Origin: an uncultured Bacteroidota bacterium
GTDB lineage: Bacteria; Bacteroidota; Ignavibacteria; UBA10030; UBA6906
Direction of reading: 5' to 3'
Assembly: GCA_963734955.1 (NCBI GenBank)
Contig: CAVTJO010000011.1
Coordinates: 457,698-521,697, forward strand
Length of the DNA stretch: 64,000 nucleotides
Shown: in pieces, positions 28,769-37,893 of the stretch
How the letters are laid out: each line of letters opens with the position of its first letter
Numbering within the stretch: the stretch's first letter is position 1
Position numbers and translations under genes: made by a program
Notes under the pieces: model-generated
Database searches by the model: none
Told to the model about the DNA's origin: nothing
The model's input: only the letters and a program-made list of their open reading frames with translations

Positions 28769-29758
28769 CTACGGCACCTCGATTTTGTTGAGCACTTCCT
28801 GCACGATCTGTTCCGACGTTACCTCTTCCGCTTCCGCCTCGTACGTTACCGCAACGCGGTGACGCAGCACGTCCAGACTCACTGCGCGCACATCCTCCGG
28901 GATGACATATCCCCTGCGCTTCACAAATGCATAGGCTTTGGCCCCAAGTGCAAGATTAATGCTTGCGCGAGGCGAAGCTCCATAACTGATGAGCGAAGTG
29001 AGTTTGCCGAGGTTGTAGTCCTTGGGTTGACGCGTGGCGAACACGATATCAAGAATGTACTTCTCGATCTTCTCGTCCATGTAGATTTCGCCAACGACCG
29101 ACCTTGCCTTTACAATATCTGTGGTCGATACAACACTTTTCGGAGTATCGGGCTGGCCGTTCACATTGGAGCGCATGATGAGCAACTCTTCATCCTTCAT
29201 CGGGTAGGTGATCTTCACTTTCAGCATGAAGCGATCGACCTGCGCTTCAGGAAGAGGATACGTCCCTTCCTGTTCAATCGGGTTCTGGGTCGCCAGCACA
29301 AGAAAAGGCTCTGGAAGCTTGAATGTTTGCTCACCGATGGTTACCTGTCGTTCCTGCATTGCTTCGAGCAGTGCACTTTGCACCTTTGCCGGCGAGCGAT
29401 TGATTTCGTCGGCAAGGATGAAGTTCGCAAAGACCGGTCCTTTTCTTACCTGGAAGCTACCGTCTTTCTGGTTGTAGACCATGGTCCCGACCAAATCGGC
29501 CGGAAGTAGGTCCGGAGTGAATTGGATGCGCTGGAACTTTGCCTGGACTGCAGCTGCCAGGGTCTTGATGGAAAGGGTCTTCGCCAACCCGGGTACGCCT
29601 TCGAGCAGTATGTGACCATTGGCGAGCAATCCGACCATCAGCCTTTCAACGAGATACTTCTGGCCAATAATGATCTTTCCGATCTCCAGCTGGAGCAGAT
29701 CAATGAAGGCGCTCTCGCGTTGAATCTTCTCGTTGATGGCCTTGATATCGAACGACAT
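28769..29758 (-). CDS. moxR: MoxR-like AAA+ ATPase
   Basis: 329 aa. Walker A is LLEGVPGLAKT, Walker B is FILADEINRSPAKVQSALLEAMQERQVT, and the layout is the canonical MoxR AAA_3. Confidence 0.85.
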   Translation of the reverse strand: MSFDIKAINEKIQRESAFIDLLQLEIGKIIIGQKYLVERLMVGLLANGHILLEGVPGLAKTLSIKTLAAAVQAKFQRIQFTPDLLPADLVGTMVYNQKDGSFQVRKGPVFANFILADEINRSPAKVQSALLEAMQERQVTIGEQTFKLPEPFLVLATQNPIEQEGTYPLPEAQVDRFMLKVKITYPMKDEELLIMRSNVNGQPDTPKSVVSTTDIVKARSVVGEIYMDEKIEKYILDIVFATRQPKDYNLGKLTSLISYGASPRASINLALGAKAYAFVKRRGYVIPEDVRAVSLDVLRHRVAVTYEAEAEEVTSEQIVQEVLNKIEVP

Positions 29759-29770
29759 TTATCCTCCGAA

Positions 29771-29800
29771 GTGCAAATATAATACAATCTTACAAAGATT
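29771..29800 (-). promoter_or_regulatory. Bacteroidetes-type sigmaA-like promoter candidate upstream of moxR (TTTG ... TAnnTTTG)
   Basis: The minus strand reads aatcTTTGtaagattgtattaTATTTGcacttcggaggataaATG. The -7-like element TATATTTG sits about 15 nt before the ATG, with a TTTG about 17 nt further upstream. Confidence 0.3.
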
Positions 29801-29896
29801 TGACGAGGTGAAATATAGAAATGTTGCGGAGGAAAAGCAACGAAGTGGAAGGACGTATGTTAAAACTTGTTAACGAAGAAGCAACGAGAGGGATTC

Positions 29897-29928
29897 AAAA
29901 AAAGAGAGGGGCGGTTGGTGCCCCTCTC
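29897..29928 (-). terminator. Rho-independent terminator downstream of the T9SS Fn3 gene
   Basis: On the minus strand, ggagaggggc-accaacc-gcccctctc is followed by ttttttt (plus strand: aaaaaaagagaggggcggttggtgcccctctcc). It lies about 60 nt after the stop at 29984. Confidence 0.55.
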
Positions 29929-29983
29929 CAGATTTGAACCCGCATCACAAACTACGTCGCCGCGATGTGGCTTGTCCGCAGCC

Positions 29984-32233
29984 TTACTTCAGCAGCAACA
30001 TCTTTTTCATTTGCAGGAAATCAGTCGCGCCGGCCGTTGCGTGCAATCGGTACATGTACACCCCGCTGGCGACCGACCGACCAACGTTATCTTTCCCGTT
30101 CCACTCGACTTCAAAAGCCCCAGCCGCACTGTAGCCGTTCACAAGAGTTGCGACTTCCTGACCGAGAATGTTGAACACTTTGAGTGTTACAATGCCCGGA
30201 GCAGACAGGTCATAACTGATCTTCGTGCTTGGATTGAACGGGTTCGGATAGTTCTGGTTGAGAGCAAAGCTTACAGGCACCACCCCCGGACCATTGATTG
30301 ATGTCGGTGAACCTGGCGTTAACGTGAGGTTCACATTGTCAATACCGTAGACGTTCGGATTAATGAGCATGTTAAGCTGCCCGGAATTGTAGCCCTCACA
30401 GTCCGCAACAATCGTGACGGGGCCCGAAGCGACAGCATTGATCGAATACGAACCTGACCCATCTGTAATTCCTATGCCAAGCACATCGCCCTGTGCGTCG
30501 AGCGCAGTCAATCGAACGCCCACGATCGGCGCAGAGGTTGGCGACCCGACTCGGCCACCCACATGCGTCAAGCCTGCACTGTTAACAGCGCGGACCCCGA
30601 CATCAATTCCTGTAACGTTCCCGGTAATATCCACTGTGTCGGCATCCTGAATACGGATAACTCCATACGCACCGGCCTTGTAGAATGCAGGTCCGTAGCC
30701 ACTGAAAGGTATCGCGAGCACAAAGTACCGTCCTGCCTCAACCTGCGTGAGAGTGAATGCTCCCAGAGAATCAGTGTGACCATACCGTGTGCCATGAGGT
30801 TCTGGCCTGTGCAACGCCGGGATCAGAATGATTCTGGATGGAACAAGCGTTCCAAGGGAATCACGTACAGTTCCACTGATGCTATTGTTCGGTACCGGTC
30901 GCGCCGCAAGGTTGAAGTCGATGCCGCTCGTGTCGTTGGAGACGTGAATGATATCTGCAGTCTCTACGGTCTGTTTGTGATCGTAGTATTGAGGCAGATA
31001 CCCTTGTTTGGAGGCCAGGGCAATGTAGTCATGGTCTGCAACAACCCGCGCCCTGTAATGGCCAAGGGAATCCGTCAAGCCGGCCCACAGGACACCCCGT
31101 GTGTGTCCCACACCCTCAATGTTAAATGCTTCATCGCCTGTCCCGGGCGTCATTCCAAGTGACGCAAGATAGTTCAGTTCCTGCATCGTGCGAATGACGG
31201 CGACACGCGCATGAGGTAACGGATTATTGAGTGTGTCACTCACAGTCCCACTCACGTATACAAACCGCGGCGGAGTCGGCCGCGAGAGACCGAAGTTCGC
31301 GGTGAAGGTTGAACTTTCTGCCACGGCAATTACTGTGGCGCAACTTGGCTCCGGGCAGTTGTCGTAGTACTCCGGCCTGTAGCAACCCGCATAGTGCTCG
31401 CACATGACGCTCGCTCGTACGATATACCTCCCCGTGTCGAGGGCGGCACTATAGTGCCCGAGCGAATCTGTCCGGACGGCTCGTGGGCATGTCTGCCAAG
31501 GTCCGTTGACTCTGAAGAACTGAATGAAAGCATTCTGAATGGGTGACTGCGTGGAATCGTCAATGACCGTTCCTGCGATTGTCCCCTGAATACGAGGGAC
31601 AACAGTCACAAGAATGCTTACTACGTTACTCGGGCCGCTTTCGCCCCCAAACATCGAGAATGCTTTGACATAGTAGAAGTACGTGGTTCCCCCCGTCACT
31701 TCACGATCGACAAACATGGTGTCAGGTGTCGAACCGACTGAATGATACTCCGTGGTGTCATCCGCTGAACGGAACACTCGGAAACTCCAAGGACCATGCG
31801 CACCCCGCCACGTGAGCTTTACACTCATATCCTCCCATCCCGGTACTAGCGTCGCAACAAGGTCCGTCGGCGTTGGCGGAGGTGGAGGAGGAGTTATAGT
31901 GACGCTTGCGATGTTGCTGCGCCCACTCTCTCCCCCCTGCATTGTAAATGCAGTCACAAAATAGTAATACGTCGTCCCCGGCATGACGTTGCCGTCGACG
32001 AACATCGTGTCATTGGTTGTACCCAACCTCTGGAAATGGAGGGTATCATTCACCGAGCGGGAAACCCGGAAACTCCAGGAGCCGCGCGGCCCATCCCACG
32101 TGAGCTGCACTCTGGGATGTGTTGTTCCGTTTACCTCAACTGCGGTGAGATTGGTGGGTGTAGGGGGCGTCTGTGCAAAGACACCTGCCACCATCACAAC
32201 ACACAACAACAAAGCAAGCAGTACCCGGTTCAT
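29984..32233 (-). CDS. T9SS-secreted protein with tandem fibronectin type III-like and carboxypeptidase-regulatory-like domains
   Basis: 749 aa with a signal peptide (MNRVLLALLLCVVMVAGVFAQ). Two Fn3-like repeats are present (PT.L.A......V.L.W.G..G.WSFRV.RS..DT......G.T.DTMFVD..V..GTTY.Y.V.AF). The C-terminus is NQNYPNPFNPSTKISYDL...KKMLLLK. Confidence 0.7.
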   Translation of the reverse strand: MNRVLLALLLCVVMVAGVFAQTPPTPTNLTAVEVNGTTHPRVQLTWDGPRGSWSFRVSRSVNDTLHFQRLGTTNDTMFVDGNVMPGTTYYYFVTAFTMQGGESGRSNIASVTITPPPPPPTPTDLVATLVPGWEDMSVKLTWRGAHGPWSFRVFRSADDTTEYHSVGSTPDTMFVDREVTGGTTYFYYVKAFSMFGGESGPSNVVSILVTVVPRIQGTIAGTVIDDSTQSPIQNAFIQFFRVNGPWQTCPRAVRTDSLGHYSAALDTGRYIVRASVMCEHYAGCYRPEYYDNCPEPSCATVIAVAESSTFTANFGLSRPTPPRFVYVSGTVSDTLNNPLPHARVAVIRTMQELNYLASLGMTPGTGDEAFNIEGVGHTRGVLWAGLTDSLGHYRARVVADHDYIALASKQGYLPQYYDHKQTVETADIIHVSNDTSGIDFNLAARPVPNNSISGTVRDSLGTLVPSRIILIPALHRPEPHGTRYGHTDSLGAFTLTQVEAGRYFVLAIPFSGYGPAFYKAGAYGVIRIQDADTVDITGNVTGIDVGVRAVNSAGLTHVGGRVGSPTSAPIVGVRLTALDAQGDVLGIGITDGSGSYSINAVASGPVTIVADCEGYNSGQLNMLINPNVYGIDNVNLTLTPGSPTSINGPGVVPVSFALNQNYPNPFNPSTKISYDLSAPGIVTLKVFNILGQEVATLVNGYSAAGAFEVEWNGKDNVGRSVASGVYMYRLHATAGATDFLQMKKMLLLK

Positions 32234-32428
32234 ACGAATTGCCCCTTATGTGGTTAGACTTAGTTGATTTGTTTCAGAAGTTGAGGAGTTTCTATCATCT
32301 ACCGTCCAATATAGCCGACATTCCCGTCAAGAGACAATACCATAGATATGGTATATTGATTATCGCCTAATCGATTACAGTGTTTGATGTTATGGGGACT
32401 TGGCAACCACCCTGAATTTCTGCTGGTT

Positions 32429-33103
32429 CTATCCAAACAACCTGTATTTCAGTGCCTTCGAGACGGCAGCGGATTTCGAATGGACCTGTAGCTTCTCGTA
32501 GACCCGCTTGATATGAGACTGCACCGTAAGGGGACTGATGAAAAGCTTCTCCGCGATCTTTTTGTAGCTGTGGCCCTCGACGAGTGACTGCAAAATGTCC
32601 AGCTCGCGCGGAGTCAGGTTGAGTTCCTCCGCTGTCGCCGTCCCCCGCCCTTCTCGTCCCCGTACCATGGTGAGCAAACGTCGGGCAATCGAAGCGCTCA
32701 TCGGGGCCCCGACGTGTATCTCACGGATGGCACGAATGAGCTCTGAGGATTCGGCATTCTTCAGCACGTACCCGGATGCTCCGGCACAGATCGATTGGAA
32801 TATCTTCTCATCATCGTCGTATACTGTATGCATAAGAACATCCACTGATGGATAACGGCTCTTGACGAGTTTGACTCCCTCAATGCCCGACATCCCCGGA
32901 AGACCTATGTCCATGAGCAGAACATCGGAGGTCATTGTCTTCAGCGCGTCCAACACGGCCTCGCAGGAACCGTATGCCCCGATGCACTGTATCCCTTCCG
33001 AGCCGTTGATGATATCGACGATCGTTTCCCTGATGCGTCCCCGATCCTCCACAATCATCACCGTGATGGGATGGGGCGCCGTTGCCGGCTCTGTCTTGGT
33101 CAT
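32429..33103 (-). CDS. Response regulator, LuxR/FixJ family (REC + HTH)
   Basis: 224 aa. The REC domain has the phospho-acceptor context VLLMDIGLPGMSG. The C-terminal LuxR HTH is LTPRELDILQSLVEGHSYKKIAEKLFISPLTVQSHIKRVYEKL. Confidence 0.85.
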   Translation of the reverse strand: MTKTEPATAPHPITVMIVEDRGRIRETIVDIINGSEGIQCIGAYGSCEAVLDALKTMTSDVLLMDIGLPGMSGIEGVKLVKSRYPSVDVLMHTVYDDDEKIFQSICAGASGYVLKNAESSELIRAIREIHVGAPMSASIARRLLTMVRGREGRGTATAEELNLTPRELDILQSLVEGHSYKKIAEKLFISPLTVQSHIKRVYEKLQVHSKSAAVSKALKYRLFG

Positions 33104-36100
33104 GGAATAACCGCACGTAAAGTGATTGTCGTACCGTTTGCAGAGGTTGAGGAAATCGAAAGGTCACCTCCGAGTGCAATGGCTCGTGCCCTCATGTTGC
33201 GAAGCCCGTTCCCCAGGCTCGCAACGCTCGAGTCAAATCCGGTTCCGTTATCCATGATCGTCATGATCAATGAACCGGCGTCCTTCTTCACAGTCAGAGA
33301 CACTTTTGTCGGGTGGGCGTGTTTGATAATGTTGTTGATTGCCTCCTTGAATATCAGGAAGAACCGACGTCTGAATCCAAGCGGCAGCTCGATCTCGGAG
33401 AGCTCCTGCGGTATCTCAATGTCGTAGTTGATGCCCTTCGCCTCCATCATCCTTGACGCATGTGTCTTCATTCGGAGAAGAAGGTACTCGAATGAGTCAT
33501 TCTTGGGATCAATCGCCCACACGATGTCGTTCATTGCATCAATAAGTGTGCGCGACGTATGGCCGATCTCTTCGAGCAAGGTGGTGACTTTCTCCACCTC
33601 GTGACCCGTGATCGGCCTGCCCGGAGTGAGTGAGCTGATCTGTCTGATCCCCACGTCGCTGAATAGCGCGATTTCTGTCAGCGTGGATCCGATGTCGTCG
33701 TGCAGATCAGTAGCGATGGATGCCCGGATGCGCTCAATCTCGAGCAGTTTGTTGACACGATACCGGTACATCAACAACAGCAAGGAGACAAGCGTCAGCA
33801 CGAATGCTCCCCGGAACCACCACGTCTTCCAATACGGAGGTGCAATCGTGATTGTCATAGACACTCCATGCTCGTTCCATACACCGTCATTGTTCGACCC
33901 TTTCACACGAAGCACATACCTTCCCGGGTCAATGTTGGTGTAGCTCGCAAAGCGACGAGTATCGGCATTCACCCAATTGGCATCCAATCCCTCGAGCTTG
34001 TATGCATATTTGTTCTTTTCGGGCGATGTGAAGTTGAGTGCCACGAATTCTATGGAGAAGAAGTTCTGGTCATACGAGAGCGCGAGCGAATTCGTCGCAG
34101 AAATGGACTGGGGGAGTTGGATGGGCACATCAAAGACCTTGAAGCTTGTGAGTACCACCGGAGGGATGTTCGGATTATCCTTGATGCTGTCGGGGAAGAA
34201 GGTATTGAACCCATTGATACCGCCGAAGAACAGTCTGCCAGACCTGCTTCGATAATATGATCCCTGGTTGAATTCATTCCCCTGCAATCCATCATTCACG
34301 TCATAATTCTTGAAGGTGCGCGTTTCAAGATTGAACTTCGACAAGCCTTTATTCGTGCTCAACCACAGGTTGCCACGGTCGTCAGGTAGAATCCCATAAA
34401 CAACATTATTTGGCAAGCCGTCTTTTTCAGTGTAGTGAGCGAATGTTCGCGTACCCTTGTCGTATCTGTTCAGCCCCCCACCGTACGTCCCCAACCAGAT
34501 GGCCCCTTCCGCATCCTGATAGAGTGCCAGCACAGTATTGTTATTCAGGCTCCTCGGATCGTCAGGATCATTTTGAAAACGGACGAACGAATCTGTCTGC
34601 CGATCATATCTGCTAACGCCGGCCCCCCATGTGCCTACCCAGACATTCCCTTCCCTGTCCTCGAAGAGGGCCATAATGGATGTCCCTGAAACGCTTGCGG
34701 CATTCTTATCTTCGGGGCGGTAGTGGTGGAACACATTGTTGCGACGATCATAGCGGTCGACTCCGTAGCCATTCGTCCCGATCCAGAGGTATTCCTTTGA
34801 ATCCTCGAGTATCCGGGTGACCTCGTTGCCGCCAAGGGAATTCACGTTGCGCTGATCCTTCCGGTAATGAACAAACCCCTTTTTTGCACTGTCGTACCGA
34901 TCAAGTCCTCCTCCTTCAGTTCCAATCCAAAGATCGCCGTCTTTGGACGCGCAGATGGAAAGGATATTGTCCTGGCTTATGCTGCGGGGGTTGGACGCAA
35001 CATGTTCATAGTGTACGAAACGATCCGACTCCCGGTCATATCTGTTCAAGCCATTTCCATACGTCCCCACCCAGAGCTCGCCGGCAGCGTCTTCGGTAAT
35101 CGCCCAGACATCATTTCCGTCAAGGTCGTTCGGATTGTTCTGATCATCCCGTATAAGGGTGAACCTGTTCTTTGTGGCATCGTACCAGTTCACTCCCCCC
35201 GCCCCGGTCCCAATCCAGAGTCCGCCTGCGCGATCGTTGTGGATCGATGTGACGATATCATTGTTGAGCGACTTCGGATTGTTCGGATCGTGCCGAAGCG
35301 CGGCAAAGTCGTCATGAATGGGATCGTACAGATCCAGGCCCGCATCTCCAGTCCCGACCCAGAGGTTCCCCATTGGATCCTCGGAGAGCGAAAGAACTAG
35401 GTCACTGCTGAGGCTCCGGGGATTCCCCCGGATTGCCCGATAATGCTTGAATGTACCGGTCCGTTCATCGAAACGATTAAGTCCCGCACCCCACGTTCCA
35501 ACCCACAGGACGCCGTTATGGTCAACAAGCATTGTGCGCACATTGTTACCGCTAAGGCTTGACGGGTCGCCATCCACATGTATGTATCGCACAAAGCGGT
35601 GTGACGAATCATCCTTCACTGAATGCCTGCACAATCCGCTCCATGTACCAATCCACAGGTTGTTCCTTCTGTCTTCAGCGATACACCAGACGGTGCTATC
35701 AACAAGACTCTGCTGGTCTCCGGGGTCATACCGGTAATGAATGAACTGATTTCTCCTTTGATCAAACCGATCAAGCCCTTTGCTGAGTGTGCCGATCCAG
35801 AGTGCCCCGCGGGAATCCTCAAACAATGAAATAACATTGTTCTCACCTATACTGAAAGGGTTCGCGGGATCGTGTCTGAACGAAGTGAACCTGTCAGTGA
35901 TGCCGGAATAACGGTTCAGCCCTCCCCGCATTGTACCAATCCACAAATCGCCGAGACGGTCGCGCACCATACACCAGATACCGTTATCAGAAATGGAGTT
36001 CGTATCATTGGCCTTGTGCTTGTAGACAACAATTTGATATCCATCGAATCTGTTCAAACCATCCTGCGTCCCAAACCACATGAACCCCTGGCCGTCCTGC

Positions 36101-36399
36101 ACAACTGCATTGACAGTGGATTGGGACAGTCCCTGTTCGAGGGAGAGGTGATTGAACTTCAACAACGGAGCCTGACCGTAACGGGCATCATGGTAAACTC
36201 CCGGCAGGTTCTGAGAAAGTCCAGAACACACACACAGACAAAGCAGCGCAGCAACCAGGTGTGTCGGCGGGGATCTCCACGCTGATCTTACAGTCGAATG
36301 CAATATCGTCTCCGAGGGCACGAGGACGAGCAAGGCACTAACCGATTCGTACAAGTTGACCGGGCGACAGGAGCCATTCGAGTGTCGCGCATCGACCAT
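33100..36399 (-). CDS. Hybrid-type sensor histidine kinase with two-component regulator propeller (Reg_prop) repeats, Y_Y_Y domain, TM and HisKA_3/HATPase_c
   Basis: 1099 aa. Many propeller repeats (MWFGTQDGLNRFDG, LWIGTMRGGLNRYS, LWIGTWSGLCRH, ...) are followed by a Y_Y_Y region (YAYKLEGLDANWV...GRYVLRVKG), a TM (WWFRGAFVLTLVSLLLLMY), a His box (ERIRASIATDLHDDIGSTLTEI) and an ATPase (NGTGFD...GNGLRNMRARA). It overlaps the response-regulator gene by 4 nt. Confidence 0.85.
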   Translation of the reverse strand: MVDARHSNGSCRPVNLYESVSALLVLVPSETILHSTVRSAWRSPPTHLVAALLCLCVCSGLSQNLPGVYHDARYGQAPLLKFNHLSLEQGLSQSTVNAVVQDGQGFMWFGTQDGLNRFDGYQIVVYKHKANDTNSISDNGIWCMVRDRLGDLWIGTMRGGLNRYSGITDRFTSFRHDPANPFSIGENNVISLFEDSRGALWIGTLSKGLDRFDQRRNQFIHYRYDPGDQQSLVDSTVWCIAEDRRNNLWIGTWSGLCRHSVKDDSSHRFVRYIHVDGDPSSLSGNNVRTMLVDHNGVLWVGTWGAGLNRFDERTGTFKHYRAIRGNPRSLSSDLVLSLSEDPMGNLWVGTGDAGLDLYDPIHDDFAALRHDPNNPKSLNNDIVTSIHNDRAGGLWIGTGAGGVNWYDATKNRFTLIRDDQNNPNDLDGNDVWAITEDAAGELWVGTYGNGLNRYDRESDRFVHYEHVASNPRSISQDNILSICASKDGDLWIGTEGGGLDRYDSAKKGFVHYRKDQRNVNSLGGNEVTRILEDSKEYLWIGTNGYGVDRYDRRNNVFHHYRPEDKNAASVSGTSIMALFEDREGNVWVGTWGAGVSRYDRQTDSFVRFQNDPDDPRSLNNNTVLALYQDAEGAIWLGTYGGGLNRYDKGTRTFAHYTEKDGLPNNVVYGILPDDRGNLWLSTNKGLSKFNLETRTFKNYDVNDGLQGNEFNQGSYYRSRSGRLFFGGINGFNTFFPDSIKDNPNIPPVVLTSFKVFDVPIQLPQSISATNSLALSYDQNFFSIEFVALNFTSPEKNKYAYKLEGLDANWVNADTRRFASYTNIDPGRYVLRVKGSNNDGVWNEHGVSMTITIAPPYWKTWWFRGAFVLTLVSLLLLMYRYRVNKLLEIERIRASIATDLHDDIGSTLTEIALFSDVGIRQISSLTPGRPITGHEVEKVTTLLEEIGHTSRTLIDAMNDIVWAIDPKNDSFEYLLLRMKTHASRMMEAKGINYDIEIPQELSEIELPLGFRRRFFLIFKEAINNIIKHAHPTKVSLTVKKDAGSLIMTIMDNGTGFDSSVASLGNGLRNMRARAIALGGDLSISSTSANGTTITLRAVIP

Positions 36400-36841
36400 A
36401 ACGGAGTCCTGCGACGCTGAGCTTGCACAGGCCTCCTTTCTTCATCATGATGTCAAGGTTATCAGCTCCCACGATGAGCATTGAAACCAGGCCGCTCAGA
36501 TATGGCTCATGTCCGACGAGAACAAGACTCGAGTTTGAACCATGGTCTTCATTGATGGCCTCGATAAGTTTCTCCGGGTCCCCGCCGACTTCGAGATGAG
36601 AAGTAAATTCAAGCTTCTTCATCGCATGAAAGGCACCCGCCACAATTTCCGCGGTTTGCTTTGCACGGATGAACGGACTCGAAAGGATGCCATCGAGTGA
36701 CAGATCAAGCGCGAGCATGCCTTTTGCAATTCGACGCATCTTCTTCGCTCCCTTCTCCGTCAGTGGCCTCTGGCTGTCGTCTTTGTAGCCTGGCGTTCCA
36801 CGCTCAACTGCAATCGCGTGACGCAGTATATATAAATCCAT
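36338..36841 (-). CDS. sixA: SixA-like phosphohistidine phosphatase (histidine phosphatase superfamily)
   Basis: The catalytic RHA motif is at the N-terminus (MDLYILRHAIAVERG), with LVLVGHEPYLS later. The likely start is MDLY; the ORF-track start at 36883 is an upstream extension. Confidence 0.65.
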   Translation of the reverse strand: MDLYILRHAIAVERGTPGYKDDSQRPLTEKGAKKMRRIAKGMLALDLSLDGILSSPFIRAKQTAEIVAGAFHAMKKLEFTSHLEVGGDPEKLIEAINEDHGSNSSLVLVGHEPYLSGLVSMLIVGADNLDIMMKKGGLCKLSVAGLRYGRCATLEWLLSPGQLVRIG

Positions 36842-36882
36842 GACTCTCTCTCCTCCGTCCCCATGCCTGTTCTGCAATAACA

Positions 36883-37893
36883 TCAGGGAACAACAGTTTT
36901 CGCCTCATAGAATCTGTAAACCTCGTCGGCAGATGCCATGAGCTTCCGGACGAGCGATGCATAACGCTCTCGAAGGCGTCGTTCAACCCTTGCCAGGTCG
37001 AGGCTCCGAGGTGATAATCGTCGAAGTGACTCGGCCCGAAGGGTTGACTTTCGCAGGGTACGTCCGGCCTGCGGGGCGGCGATTCGTCTTGGCGATCGAG
37101 GAACTCGAGCCGTAAATTGACGGATACTTGCGCGCAGTACTTCGAGGTCGTGGATATCGCCCATCCTGGTTTGAAATGCATTCATCTCCACGTGCAACCG
37201 GGCTTCCATATCCGGGCGAAGAATCTCAATGGCATACCGGAATTTCTTGAACGCGACCCTCATGCTGTGAATTGTCGCCGGATCCAGACGATTCAGTCCC
37301 TGTCTCAATTCAACAACGCGAATGAACTCCGCGGCGAGCGACCCCTGCAGAGTGAGCGCAAGGGCGGGTCGCACGGCGGGCCTGCGCATTAATTTCTCAA
37401 ACCCCCTGACGCCTGCGTTGATTCGCTGCTGAAGTAGTCGAGTGTGCAGGGATGCTATCCTGTTTGAAATACGTTTCAGGGCTCTTTGCTCTCGCAAGAG
37501 GAGGACGGTTGAAAGGAGTTCAAGCTCAGGGAAGTCCTTGGTCAATTTCTGCAGCAAAGAAATTTGCACCTGTGTATCGCGAAGCGGTCCCATCGATTTC
37601 AGCAGTCGCTTTAACTGCTGTCGAGTCTTGCCCACTTGAAACGAAACAGTCGCGAGAAGGTCGAGCGCTGCAATACATCTCCTCGTCGCCACACGGAGAT
37701 CGTGGACCGCCGGCTCCGAACACCGTTTCCTGCACTGTCCGAGCTGCGAGAGAAACACTCTCCACCGGATCCTCAACGCGTCCACAAGCAGTTCTTCCGG
37801 TGCTCGCGGACGTCGGACCGCCCCTCGCATTCTCCGTGACTTGACCAGAATGGCACCGCCAGCTCTCGGTCGATTCACTTGATGGCCGATCAT
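36883..37893 (-). CDS. CHAD domain protein
   Basis: 336 aa, helical and Arg-rich, with VHDLRVATRRCIAALDLL characteristic of CHAD. It sits between Ppx/GppA and SixA. Confidence 0.65.
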   Translation of the reverse strand: MIGHQVNRPRAGGAILVKSRRMRGAVRRPRAPEELLVDALRIRWRVFLSQLGQCRKRCSEPAVHDLRVATRRCIAALDLLATVSFQVGKTRQQLKRLLKSMGPLRDTQVQISLLQKLTKDFPELELLSTVLLLREQRALKRISNRIASLHTRLLQQRINAGVRGFEKLMRRPAVRPALALTLQGSLAAEFIRVVELRQGLNRLDPATIHSMRVAFKKFRYAIEILRPDMEARLHVEMNAFQTRMGDIHDLEVLRASIRQFTARVPRSPRRIAAPQAGRTLRKSTLRAESLRRLSPRSLDLARVERRLRERYASLVRKLMASADEVYRFYEAKTVVP

